Positions 30,521-40,489 of a stretch of 64,000 nt of DNA are shown here, piece by piece. The DNA lies in IMG/VR virus record IMGVR_UViG_3300045738_001212, positions 32,001 to 96,000 of that record; one strand, given 5' to 3'. Position 1 is the first letter of the stretch, and the number at the start of each line of letters is the position of its first letter. The notes beneath the pieces were generated by a model. The model was not told the origin of the DNA and ran no database searches. It saw only the letters and a program-made list of their open reading frames with translations. The stretch comes from a virus. The translations under genes and the position numbers were made by a program.

Positions 30521-31144
30521 TTAAAATGTTATTTTGCGCTCCAGCTTCCACAAGCTACCGGAAATTTTGCGTGTCCAGTTAAGTGATCTAGTTAAAAGCC
30601 TAAACTTAAATCTTACTAGCTTATTCCAATACTTGAAGCAATATTTGTATCTCCATTTCTCTTCATATTCTTTTCGGTCTTTTGCTTCTTCTTTCCATTT
30701 TATCTGATTGGCTTTGATCTCTGTGTTGTCATCAAGCCTGTATTGTGCTAGTTCCACGTCTCCTTGCACTTCTCCACTCTTTACATGGACGCGGTAATCT
30801 ATCCAAGCATCATGCGTACTGTCTACATCATGAAGAATATCGTAGAACGTAATATAGCCTGTAAAGTTGTCCCTTACCCACTCATGGCTCTTTTCTTCCA
30901 TAGACCACATAGGACTCCAAAACCCCCCGCTATCTCTATCCTTCTTCTCCTTTTCAGTTAGCTCCCTGTCCTCGTACTCCACCTTCTTCTCGTAAAGAAT
31001 TTTATCTTTGCCAATCTTGTACTCCATGAGGCAGTTAGCCAAATCCTTGGTTTGGAATACGTGGTCGTACCTAAAAGTAGGGACAGTATTCGCCCCGCCT
31101 CGTGGTAGCGGCATTTCGCAACTTATATTATCAAACATCCCCAT
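30521..31144 (-). CDS. conserved phage protein (MGMFD...FQTK family)
   Basis: paralogue of 59578-60144. Confidence 0.65.
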   Translation of the reverse strand: MGMFDNISCEMPLPRGGANTVPTFRYDHVFQTKDLANCLMEYKIGKDKILYEKKVEYEDRELTEKEKKDRDSGGFWSPMWSMEEKSHEWVRDNFTGYITFYDILHDVDSTHDAWIDYRVHVKSGEVQGDVELAQYRLDDNTEIKANQIKWKEEAKDRKEYEEKWRYKYCFKYWNKLVRFKFRLLTRSLNWTRKISGSLWKLERKITF

Positions 31145-31546
31145 AATTAATATCCATTCTGTCTTGTTATTGTCGTCCCAAATCCTAAAATTCTCAAAGT
31201 AAAATACCAATAAAACTCATCTTCTCTATGCAAAAAACACTCAGTAGGAAAACTAAAGCCATATGCGTAATACGGCTCATCGGGAGCCACCCAGCCCAAT
31301 TTCTTTCTTCTCCCTACCCACGGGAAATTGACATCGACTTCCCAATAGTCGCTCCAGTGTTTTTCTTTTCTATAAAGTTTCATTTTTTTAAAATTCTAAT
31401 TAGCAAAAGAACAGCTATCACCATTAAAGTCCATTTAATCCAAAGCAAAGCGTCGGTTATTTCCGGTGGCGTTACTATTTGTATGTCTGGGTTAACCTCT
31501 ATATTTATAGGGGGGCCAAGGATACCGTCAATTATTCCTTTCTTGT

Positions 31547-31984
31547 TCACAATAAAGCTTCTTCTATATTAATTTTATTTTTATTTTCACCCAAGGTGTG
31601 TGAGAAAAGGTCGTCGTATCTTTCTTGATAATAATTTAAATACTTGAGCATACCGTATTTCCTGATTTTGTCTTGAAAATTGGTGTCAAATTCTGGAAAG
31701 TCGGCAGTGTAATAATCTTCATTGTCTTTTATTTTTTCGTATTCTTCTTTGTATAGGTCTACATGATCCAAAAGGCCAATTATCCTATAGAGGTCTTTTA
31801 GCACTTTTACAATAATGACACCAAGCTCCTTGCTCGTCTCCTCGAAAGTTTTATTTAATTTCTCCGCTTCTTCAGGGTCTTCGAGGAACAAAACAAGTTC
31901 TTCGTTGGATATTCTATGATGCTCCTTAAGGTAAAACCCCAAAGAGTCATAGTTCATCATGTAATCATCAAAAAAATCTTTCAT
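31547..31984 (-). CDS. hypothetical protein
   Basis: 145-aa ORF. Confidence 0.55.
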   Translation of the reverse strand: MKDFFDDYMMNYDSLGFYLKEHHRISNEELVLFLEDPEEAEKLNKTFEETSKELGVIIVKVLKDLYRIIGLLDHVDLYKEEYEKIKDNEDYYTADFPEFDTNFQDKIRKYGMLKYLNYYQERYDDLFSHTLGENKNKINIEEALL

Positions 31985-31993
31985 AATTTAAAT

Positions 31994-32422
31994 TTAGAGG
32001 GACAAATATGGTTTTCCCTCACAAAGTTCTGTCGCCATTGCAATTGCTCCGTCAGCGTATTTTCTTGCGAGTCTTGATTCGGTTGCTCTTTCTTCTTCGG
32101 TAAGTTCTTCGCCTTCTACTCCAATGTCCACCTCGTAGTAGAATCTTAATTCGCCGAATTTTATTTTTACTTGTTTCGCAATGAACTTGGGTTTAATTAT
32201 CTTGCCACCCCCAAGTCCCACTCTATATGGATTAGTTAGGACATGACTTAATTTGTCAATTACTGGCAACCAATCTTCGGGTACATCCAAGCCCCAATGC
32301 ATACAAGACTTGTAGTAGTAGGCCCAAGCTCGGGAACTGTAGGCCTCAGCGTAATCCGGCTTTAGCCCTATGGCTTCCCGATAGAGGCTGGGGTATTTTT
32401 CTAGTATTTCTTGTTTTTCCAT
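31994..32422 (-). CDS. phage protein (QVKxKFGxLRFY family) with TPR-like insert
   Basis: QVKIKFGELRFY; AIGLKPDYAEAYSSRAWAY TPR consensus fragment. Confidence 0.6.
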   Translation of the reverse strand: MEKQEILEKYPSLYREAIGLKPDYAEAYSSRAWAYYYKSCMHWGLDVPEDWLPVIDKLSHVLTNPYRVGLGGGKIIKPKFIAKQVKIKFGELRFYYEVDIGVEGEELTEEERATESRLARKYADGAIAMATELCEGKPYLSL

Positions 32423-32456
32423 TTTGTCCCAACTGTAAAGGAATCCTTGTCAGTTG

Positions 32457-33179
32457 CTAATCCCACAAATTTAAATAATATTTACCAAACAAGTCCAGCC
32501 CCTCTTGAGTTCTCTTGCCGTGCTTGTCGCATAGTGTCCAATCCCACTTTCTCTTATCCAATCCATCATACGCAACGCTACCATCGCTATAAGTGGTCTT
32601 CTTGTGCCTTTCGTCATAGTCCTTGGGCTTAATTGGCTCAATTGGGTCATCCCAGTGCTTGAACGACCAAATCATTTTATCTAAAGTTCTCTCCCATTTA
32701 CGCATGGCCCTGTCCATAGCTAACGCGCTCTCATTTCTGCTTAATTCAGAGTCGGCTGCATGGTCATAATCCTTTTCAAACATCTCGCTAGGACAACCGT
32801 TAAGATTATTTCGGAGGTACTTCAAGCGGGGCAAAACCGTCTTTGAGTGCCAACTATGAAAGTTCCACGCCTGTTCATGTGGGAAGCCCGTTTGCCAAGT
32901 CTGACGTTTATTACGCCACCAACCCGCAATCACTTCATACTTCCAGTAGAATCGCCACCAGACTCTTGTGTACCAAGGAGTCTTTGCCCTATCGGCAATA
33001 TCTTCCATGAATCGTCCAACGATTTCTTCTTTTATGATTGTTCTTTCTTCTTTACTCATCGCTTGTCTTATGCTTGTCTTTCGCTCCACAGCACTCCGGT
33101 GACGGAGTAACGGTTTCTTCAGGGGTTTCCCTCTGTAACCCAAGTTGCCACGCAAGTTCTTCATCGAGGTATTTTGCAA
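32457..33179 (-). CDS. hypothetical phage protein (true start likely internal)
   Basis: C-terminal EGLDLFGKYYLNLWD motif. Confidence 0.6.
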   Translation of the reverse strand: MQNTSMKNLRGNLGYRGKPLKKPLLRHRSAVERKTSIRQAMSKEERTIIKEEIVGRFMEDIADRAKTPWYTRVWWRFYWKYEVIAGWWRNKRQTWQTGFPHEQAWNFHSWHSKTVLPRLKYLRNNLNGCPSEMFEKDYDHAADSELSRNESALAMDRAMRKWERTLDKMIWSFKHWDDPIEPIKPKDYDERHKKTTYSDGSVAYDGLDKRKWDWTLCDKHGKRTQEGLDLFGKYYLNLWD

Positions 33180-33771
33180 TGCTCTCGTTGTGAAATCCCC
33201 ACGCTTGCAGAGCTTTCACTACTTGCCCCATTGTCTCACCAATATCCAAGTCGTCGTTGGTAATACTTATGCTTACCTTCGAGTGCATAGTGTCCGCACT
33301 TAAGCGAGACTGATCTTCGGTTGGTTCAATTGTTATTTTCATTATACTCCCCCGTGCTCATGGGTTATGTCCTTTTCTAAAGCTGGGTCGAGGGACACGG
33401 CTTTCAGGAGAGCGGCCTCATCTTCGGACTCCTTGTCTATCTCCCTTACCCACGTCGTAACATCGTCATGTTCTTCTTGAATCCACAGGGCAAGTTCTAT
33501 GGCTTTTTCTTTATTTAGAATAACTTCGTCTTCGAAGTAATTGCCTTTGATTAGCACCATCCAGCACAGTCTCAGTCGCATCCACCAAGATAATTTGATG
33601 GGATTGATGCCCTGACGCCAATAGCTAAAGTACATCTCTTCCTCACCGTCGAACTTGGTAATGAGCATACCTTCGCCCCAACAGTCACACTTTATGAATT
33701 TTTCTCTGTCCGCCATCTAAATAGGGTAACAGAATTCTTCAGACGTGTCAAGCTTAAATCGACCACTTTAC

Positions 33772-34197
33772 TCATAATTCTAATTGCCGTTTTAACTCTC
33801 GCCAACCGTCCTTTACGTTTCGATCTGTATTCATCTCGTGGTTTGGAGCCCCGTCTTCAAAATCTTCTACATGATGTTCTTTTCTTAGCCTCCTGTTCGA
33901 TCTTAGTAAAATTTCTATTATTTGTCCCTTATTATTGCTTCTTAATTCTTTTCGCAGATGCTCATAAGGGTTTACTAAGCACATAACTACATGAGCACTT
34001 TTTTTGTTTAAATAGGTCGCCACAGCGTTTGCGTTTCTTATATTTTCTTCACGACCTTCTCTGCCGTAGTTTATATTCGTAAACATTTCTCGAAACTCGT
34101 CTCCATCAATGACGAATGGAGTTTGAAGACGTTCCGCTAATAGCTTACCCAAGGTCGTTTTGCCCGACCCCGGTTGCCCATACAACAGATAGATCAC
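33772..34197 (-). CDS. cysC: adenylyl-sulfate kinase-like P-loop kinase
   Basis: GQPGSGKTT, IDGDEFR, YGREGREENI. Confidence 0.7.
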   Translation of the reverse strand: MIYLLYGQPGSGKTTLGKLLAERLQTPFVIDGDEFREMFTNINYGREGREENIRNANAVATYLNKKSAHVVMCLVNPYEHLRKELRSNNKGQIIEILLRSNRRLRKEHHVEDFEDGAPNHEMNTDRNVKDGWRELKRQLEL

Positions 34198-34287
34198 CTG
34201 TTATTTGCCCTTTTTCTTCTTCTCTTTTTTGGGCTTCTTTTTTTCTCTTTTTGGTTTTGCTTTATCTCTTCCCATGATGTTTCTCCT

Positions 34288-34653
34288 TTATTTTACAAAT
34301 CTATCTACATTATATCCACTATCTTCAACAGCTTTTATGATGCGCGTCTTGTCGTGTTTTTTGATACCTTTGGGGTCAATGCGCGGATGTATTTCATATA
34401 TTAAAACCAAGCCAGTTTTATAATTAACATGTATTGATTTAATAAAGGACAATTTCATCAATCCCTTTTTCAGTCCAACCGCGCAAGATGGACACACCAA
34501 CCCCTTTACGTAAACTTTATATGCGAGTATGGAATCAATTTCACCAGTCACCGATATCGGACCCAAGGGGTGTAGCTCTGGGCGTGATTGCTGTTGGGTT
34601 GACGGACAACCCGCCACAAAAACTGCCGCAATTAATAATAGTAATTTTTTCAT
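34288..34653 (-). CDS. heavy-metal-associated (HMA) domain lipoprotein
   Basis: lipobox VAGC, GLVCPSC, AVEDSGY. Confidence 0.75.
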   Translation of the reverse strand: MKKLLLLIAAVFVAGCPSTQQQSRPELHPLGPISVTGEIDSILAYKVYVKGLVCPSCAVGLKKGLMKLSFIKSIHVNYKTGLVLIYEIHPRIDPKGIKKHDKTRIIKAVEDSGYNVDRFVK

Positions 34654-35159
34654 TTAATAGTGTCCTCCCTCGCATCCTTCATCGGGTATATTATGTAAAT
34701 TATTTTTTGGGTCTTGTTTCCCCCACATTTCAGCAAACCCCTTAAAGAACAAGTAGGCGATTAACCCCCACAAAGAAGCAGCTATACAAATCAGAGTCCA
34801 TTTGATAATTCCTATTTCTTTTAATAATTCTTCCCACATAATTTTAATATATTTTAGTTTTTGTAAAGGTTCCATCGTCTTCCAGCACCCAAACTACATC
34901 TCCTTCTCCACAGTCTTTAGTTAATTTTATTTCGTATTCGCCCTTCTCGTTTATAATTCCTACTGTTTTCGTGCAGTGCCGTAAATATTCTGCCTTTGCT
35001 GTCCTTATGCCTTCGTTTACCGTTCCCTCTTTTAATTTCTTTTCCGTTATTTTTTTAGCCTTGGGCTTCTTCTTGGTCTTGGCGGGTTCTTTCTTCTTTA
35101 GGCTACCTACTATACCTACTCCTAAATTTTTATGTTCTCCGGTGTCTTTCATTTGTGGT

Positions 35160-35390
35160 TCATCCGTCGTCTCCTATAGCGTCAACTGGGCAACCGTTCA
35201 TGGCCTCGGCGCACAAAGCTTCTTCTTCCTCGTTCTCGGGTTGTTTGTAGACGAACGAATAGCCGCCGTCTTCATTACGTTTATAATTGTCCGGGGCCGT
35301 TTCGCGGCACAGGTCGCAGTCGATACACTCGGTATCGCAGTAATATTTCCCCGCAACGTTATCTTCGTATTTGTCCTCTTTGAATGCCAT
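35160..35390 (-). CDS. ferredoxin
   Basis: CIDCDLC...CPVDAI. Confidence 0.9.
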   Translation of the reverse strand: MAFKEDKYEDNVAGKYYCDTECIDCDLCRETAPDNYKRNEDGGYSFVYKQPENEEEEALCAEAMNGCPVDAIGDDG

Positions 35391-35391
35391 A

Positions 35392-35991
35392 TTATTCTCC
35401 TAACGGATTCAGCAAGCTCGCTGGTAATTCATTGATTTCTACCACTTTTCCGTTCTCGTCTGTCCTAAAGCGGAAGGCTGTTTTCTCGTCGCCCGTTGCG
35501 TTAAAAATTTTTTTCTTTAATACTATTTCTTTGTAAGGCTTAATTCTTATTAGCGTTATCGTCGCCTCTATAGGTTTTTTGTCTTTCTTGGAGTAGACGT
35601 GGACATTAACAATGTTGTCTCCCTGCACTGCCCCGCGAAAAGCCACAATTTCCTCATTGAACCCAATTATCTTGCCTTTCTCATCTTTTGCTAGGCTGTT
35701 ATTCCTAGACTTACCAAGGGCATCATGATTCAAACTAATCAAGCTACCCTCTCCTCCTTCCCTGTTATTAAAGCTTACGACATGCCCCGACGCTGCTTGC
35801 ACATAAAGGTCTAGGTCATCCTCACTGTCCCCAGCCCACGTTAATGTCACTTCGTATAGAGTATTCGGAGGGCGCGTCTTCGTCTTCTCTTCCTCGTTTT
35901 TAAGTAAGAAAAGAATAGCTACCAACATCAACAAGCAACAAAAAAGCACATCGATGAATGGCCTAAATGAAAAATATCTTCTAATCGTCAT
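35392..35991 (-). CDS. ExbD/MotB-like membrane-anchored protein
   Basis: N-terminal PFIDVLF TM with conserved Asp; DDLDLYV periplasmic domain. Confidence 0.6.
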   Translation of the reverse strand: MTIRRYFSFRPFIDVLFCCLLMLVAILFLLKNEEEKTKTRPPNTLYEVTLTWAGDSEDDLDLYVQAASGHVVSFNNREGGEGSLISLNHDALGKSRNNSLAKDEKGKIIGFNEEIVAFRGAVQGDNIVNVHVYSKKDKKPIEATITLIRIKPYKEIVLKKKIFNATGDEKTAFRFRTDENGKVVEINELPASLLNPLGE

Positions 35992-36466
35992 GCTCTAACT
36001 TAGACTTTAAAATCATTAGCTGCACTTGAAGTGGCAAACTAAAGACTATACCACAAATAGTGGTATAAAATGCAGTATTTAAACCGATCTTAAGTCCGGC
36101 CACTATGCTACTTACAGACGCTTCCTCGTTAAGATTAGTAGCTGTAGCTAAACACAGCCCAAAGACCGTACCCAGCAAACCGAGGGAAAAGAAATGCTCG
36201 GCAGCAAACCAACCCACATCTGAACGAGCAATCAATTTCGCTCTGTCGTCCTTTTCTCCGATTGTGCTTCCGCTCCCTATCCTGTCGGCTAGATAGCATA
36301 GCCTTCCCACTAAACCAGAAACAGCCACATACAGGGTCATTATCACGATACTCAAGTAACTAACGTCACCCTTGATCATTAATGAAACAACCCCCTTTGT
36401 CTCAGCAAAGAAAATTGCCGTTAACATAACGGCGTTTAACAAGAACCATTTTACAAAAGTAGTCAT
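35981..36466 (-). CDS. MotA/TolQ/ExbB proton-channel family protein
   Basis: LGLLGTVFGL and GLNTAFYTTICG helices. Confidence 0.8.
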   Translation of the reverse strand: MTTFVKWFLLNAVMLTAIFFAETKGVVSLMIKGDVSYLSIVIMTLYVAVSGLVGRLCYLADRIGSGSTIGEKDDRAKLIARSDVGWFAAEHFFSLGLLGTVFGLCLATATNLNEEASVSSIVAGLKIGLNTAFYTTICGIVFSLPLQVQLMILKSKLEHDD

Positions 36467-36652
36467 TTGTTTCCCTCCCCTTTGTCGAAAAAGTCTATCT
36501 CTATTTCGCCTTTAGCTTTTTTCCATTTTGAGTGACAGACCGCTGCCCTTTGCTTCGGGTCTGCGAATTCTTTTCTCATTACTGGATCGCTCATGCATTT
36601 GCTTATGAAACCCTTTTGGTCTTGGTTTCCCTTCGGTGACGGTAATGGCATT

Positions 36653-37048
36653 TTATAGTTCCTCTATTCTTTTAGATTTGTCATCTATGATTAAATCACA
36701 AGCTGGCTTGATATACTTACCCTTGGAACCTGTCGATAAATCATGAAATTTACAACCCCAAGATTCCAACTGCCCCCAAGTAAATTCATAATAACACCTC
36801 TCTAGTGCTCTAGATTTCTTAGAACCACCCCTAGCGGTCCAATAGATAACGTACCAACCTTCGTCATATAGTTTGTTTATTTTTGCAATATTAGCCGTGT
36901 GCCCAATGGCTTTATCATATCTTCTTTCGCCCTCATAAAAACATATCGTTTCGTCTACGTCTACCAATACGACCCGTCTATCATCAGAAGAAAGCTTCTT
37001 CGACTCATGGAATTCTGCGTTTTCGGTGCTCTTCGGGTGTTCTGTCAT
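36653..37048 (-). CDS. HAD-superfamily phosphatase
   Basis: DVDET, WTARG, KP...IDDK. Confidence 0.75.
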   Translation of the reverse strand: MTEHPKSTENAEFHESKKLSSDDRRVVLVDVDETICFYEGERRYDKAIGHTANIAKINKLYDEGWYVIYWTARGGSKKSRALERCYYEFTWGQLESWGCKFHDLSTGSKGKYIKPACDLIIDDKSKRIEEL

Positions 37049-37466
37049 TTTTCTCTCCTCTTTCCACGTTTTTCATAATGCTAAGGCAATTATTTAACAT
37101 ACCCCAACATAAAAAAGCGACTACCACGGCTACTACGAAAAGAACAATCTCCATCTTATTCATCCTTACGCTTGAACTTTTTCATTCCATACCTTACAGC
37201 CAACAAGACCGCTAAAGTAACGACGCAATACCAGAGTAAATTCCCCACTGTTTCTGCTGTGATAGGCGGATTGTTCGAGACGGGAAGCTTTATCACCTTA
37301 CCATTTTCGTCAACGACAGGCTCGGATTTTGTTTCGTTTTCCTTTTTCAAACCTATCGCTTCGCCAATGTCTTCCCCAACTGATTTTGCAATCGTATAGG
37401 GAAGCTTTATGATCTTGCACCCAGATAAACAAATCAAAATACAAAATAAATATACACCTACATTTT

Positions 37467-38948
37467 TCATTTCATTCCTTGCGGGAAGCTCAACCCCTCT
37501 CCGTGATTAATAGTCCAACTAATTTCATGAGTTACGGCTCTAAATGTTCTAGCCGCACTTGGAAAACCGTTACCTGATTTCTTTACGCCACCGAAAGCTA
37601 GGTGAGATTCCGCAGCGATAGAGCCACCGTTCCAATAGATCATCCCAGCGTCACATTCGTCTCGCATGATTCTGGCTTTCTTAAAGTCTTCCGTCACAAC
37701 CCCGAGAGCTAATCCATAATCAGTATCATTATAGATTCTCATGGCGTCACCAATGTCTCCGAATGGAACTATCGCTATGTGAGGACCAAACACTTCTTCC
37801 TTCAAATAAGGGACATCTCTCCACTCCGTCCCATAGATGGTCGGGCTCATAAAGAAACCCTTTGAGCCTATCCTTCCTCCCTCCCTCATTAATGTTGCCT
37901 TCGGGTCGCGGACTACCATTTCGTTATACGCTTTAACTTTCTCCATTCCCTGCCTGTTAATTAGCGGGCCGTAATAAATGCTTGCGTCAGGCTTTCCGTT
38001 AGGTAAGAAAGGGTTGCCCGTTTTGACTTTATCGACTTCAGAAACAAACCTCTTAGCAAATTCATCAGCAATTCCCTGCTGGACAATAAGCCTTCCAGAA
38101 GAAACGCATCTCTGACCTGAAAGTTTCAACGCGCTTGATAAACACGCATCTAAAGCTAAGTCCATATTGGCATCATCGAATACGACAACGGCACTTTTAC
38201 TTCCCATCTCGCAAGAAGTTGTCTTGTGCCAGCTTTCGGCTGCCACTTTCCTAATGTGTTGTCCTACTTCCGCGCTCCCAGTAAAACAAATGTGATCAAC
38301 GTCTGCGTGAACAAGGGCGTCACCAGCTTCACCCTCTCCATGAATAACATTAAAAACCCCATCGGGTATCCCAGCTTCATTATATATCTCAGCACACAAC
38401 TGGCTCGAATAGGGAGCGTCCTCGCTTGGTTTTAAAACGACAGTGTTACCTTCTACTATGGCAGGAGCAGCGCACCAAAACCCCCCTATGGCTACGGGAA
38501 AATTAAAAGGACTAATAATTGCGATAACTCCTTTAGGCTTACGCAACATATAACTATCTTTTTCCGCCAATTCAGAAGCTAACGCTTCGCCTTGTGGCGT
38601 CCTCCCTGAGCCAAAGGTGTACTGAGCCATATGAATAGCTTCATTAATCTCCGCGATGCTTTCGTTAAAATTTTTGCCTGTTTCCAAAGATATAGCCTCG
38701 GCGACTTCCCAAGTCCTTCTCCCAAGTATTGCAGCTACCCTAAGCATGTATTCGGCACGTTCTATTCGGCTGACCCTCTTCCACTTCTCAAAAGCTTCCC
38801 GAGCAACGCCTACCGCTCTGTTAACTACGTCCTCTGAAGACTTTGGAAACAACCCCAGTACTTCTTCTGTCGCGGGATTTATGTTTTCATAGTTCTCGGA
38901 TTCCTCCTCAAACTGCCCATTGATATAATTTTTTCCGTTCCAGATCAT
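37467..38948 (-). CDS. aldehyde dehydrogenase
   Basis: PFNFP, KPSE, FTGS, EMGSK, GQRC, EEVFGP, FGGVKKSG. Confidence 0.92.
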   Translation of the reverse strand: MIWNGKNYINGQFEEESENYENINPATEEVLGLFPKSSEDVVNRAVGVAREAFEKWKRVSRIERAEYMLRVAAILGRRTWEVAEAISLETGKNFNESIAEINEAIHMAQYTFGSGRTPQGEALASELAEKDSYMLRKPKGVIAIISPFNFPVAIGGFWCAAPAIVEGNTVVLKPSEDAPYSSQLCAEIYNEAGIPDGVFNVIHGEGEAGDALVHADVDHICFTGSAEVGQHIRKVAAESWHKTTSCEMGSKSAVVVFDDANMDLALDACLSSALKLSGQRCVSSGRLIVQQGIADEFAKRFVSEVDKVKTGNPFLPNGKPDASIYYGPLINRQGMEKVKAYNEMVVRDPKATLMREGGRIGSKGFFMSPTIYGTEWRDVPYLKEEVFGPHIAIVPFGDIGDAMRIYNDTDYGLALGVVTEDFKKARIMRDECDAGMIYWNGGSIAAESHLAFGGVKKSGNGFPSAARTFRAVTHEISWTINHGEGLSFPQGMK

Positions 38949-38950
38949 TA

Positions 38951-39520
38951 TTATTTTCCTTTTGTGCTCTTCATGAGCTTCTTAACGCTATCTCTACAAA
39001 AGCCATCACCTTCTCTGCTGATAAGCTCGTAAACTACCCCAGTCAATTCGCTAGGTTTGGTAAATACTTGCACTAGATTGGGAGATTCACAAGTAATAGG
39101 TTCCTCAGAATAAAATTCAGCGAACCCTTCTTTTTCCCACTTGCTCATAACGGCTTCTACGTCATCTGTTTGATAAGCTATATGATGTACGCCGCCCACG
39201 CCTCCTCTTTCCGCTACCCAATCATCTACGATAGAACCAATAGACCCATCACTAACAAAAATCTCAGGTGGAGCGTGATACGAATGAAATTCGACTTCCA
39301 CATCCATCGGTGTCGTAGGCCGATCCGCCAATAATATATCCCACTCTCCCGTGTCGATAGGGCGATCCTCCGGTGGAAGCAAGGCTAAACAATCGGCTGT
39401 AGAATCATCTTCAAACTTTATCTGAAACTCCGTCCCAACCGAATAACCGAAAGCTTTTTCAAAAAAAACAGCAGTTTTACGCCTATTTTTCACTCGGTAC
39501 GCGATATGGTCGAGTCTCAT
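38951..39520 (-). CDS. VOC-superfamily protein (HPPD/glyoxalase-like)
   Basis: LDHIAYRV, GGVHHIAY, LVQVFT, YELISR. Confidence 0.75.
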   Translation of the reverse strand: MRLDHIAYRVKNRRKTAVFFEKAFGYSVGTEFQIKFEDDSTADCLALLPPEDRPIDTGEWDILLADRPTTPMDVEVEFHSYHAPPEIFVSDGSIGSIVDDWVAERGGVGGVHHIAYQTDDVEAVMSKWEKEGFAEFYSEEPITCESPNLVQVFTKPSELTGVVYELISREGDGFCRDSVKKLMKSTKGK

Positions 39521-39605
39521 ACTTATTATATTAGTCTCACTTTCGTTTTCTACTTAGAAATAGCCAACTCCCTAAAGTATTATAGGTATACCTTCGGGGA
39601 AAGGA

Positions 39606-39947
39606 ATGAAAAGGAATCCTTGGAAAAAACTGCTGAGAAAAGTGGAGCTATGCGGTAGTGCGAAAGCAAATAGATCGCGGATAAAAGACGTGACAATCAC
39701 AGAGGAAGACCTCAAAGAGCAATTCCTAGCTCAAAATGGCTGTTGTTACTGGTTCGAAATCCCAATTGATATCGATGACGTATATACGTCTAACAATCCT
39801 ATGGCCCCTTCCGTGGATAGAATCGATAACGACAGAGACTATCACAAAGACAACATTGTTATCTGCACCATCTTCGCGAACATGGGGCGCGGCAAATGCG
39901 AGTTCGAAAAATTTAAAAAAATTATCCAATCACTCCGATGGAACTAA
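39606..39947 (+). CDS. HNH-like endonuclease
   Basis: QNGCC...SVDRIDNDRDYHKDNIVIC...NMGR. Confidence 0.65.
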   Translation: MKRNPWKKLLRKVELCGSAKANRSRIKDVTITEEDLKEQFLAQNGCCYWFEIPIDIDDVYTSNNPMAPSVDRIDNDRDYHKDNIVICTIFANMGRGKCEFEKFKKIIQSLRWN

Positions 39948-40489
39948 AAGGAAAAAAATCCAGAAATATTATTAACGTTCTTTGGCTCATCGCTATATTG
40001 CTATTTGTTATTTGGGCTATGATAGGACACAGATACCGCTTCACCCACAACAGAGGAGAAAGCATGGAACCTGCTCACTCTGATGGCGAGTGGATGATTG
40101 TCGAAAAAAGAAACAGGTTGCCGAAAGACTGGACGCCCGATAGATATGATGTCGTCGTTATTGAAAACAGGGGGGAGAAAGAGAACCTTGTCAAAAGAGT
40201 GATAGGCTTACCCGACGATACAATAGAAATTAAAAAAGGATATATTTTTCTAAATGGAAAAAAATTAGAAGACCCCTACGGGAACAACCAAAGGCTGTCC
40301 TTTTTTTTGACTGACGAAAATGGAAAAGATTTACACTACTGGGGCACAAAAGAGAAAGTGATCCAATACGTAAACCAAAAACGAATCACCATAAGCAAGG
40401 GATTCGTCTGGGTTATTGGAGACAACAGAGCCATTTCTTGGTTTGGTGAACTACCCCTAGTCGATATTAAGGGACTGGTAGTCCTCTAA
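39938..40489 (+). CDS. lepB: signal peptidase I
   Basis: TM helix, GESMEP (Ser), VKRVIGLP (Lys), VIGDNR. Confidence 0.85.
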   Translation: MELKGKKSRNIINVLWLIAILLFVIWAMIGHRYRFTHNRGESMEPAHSDGEWMIVEKRNRLPKDWTPDRYDVVVIENRGEKENLVKRVIGLPDDTIEIKKGYIFLNGKKLEDPYGNNQRLSFFLTDENGKDLHYWGTKEKVIQYVNQKRITISKGFVWVIGDNRAISWFGELPLVDIKGLVVL

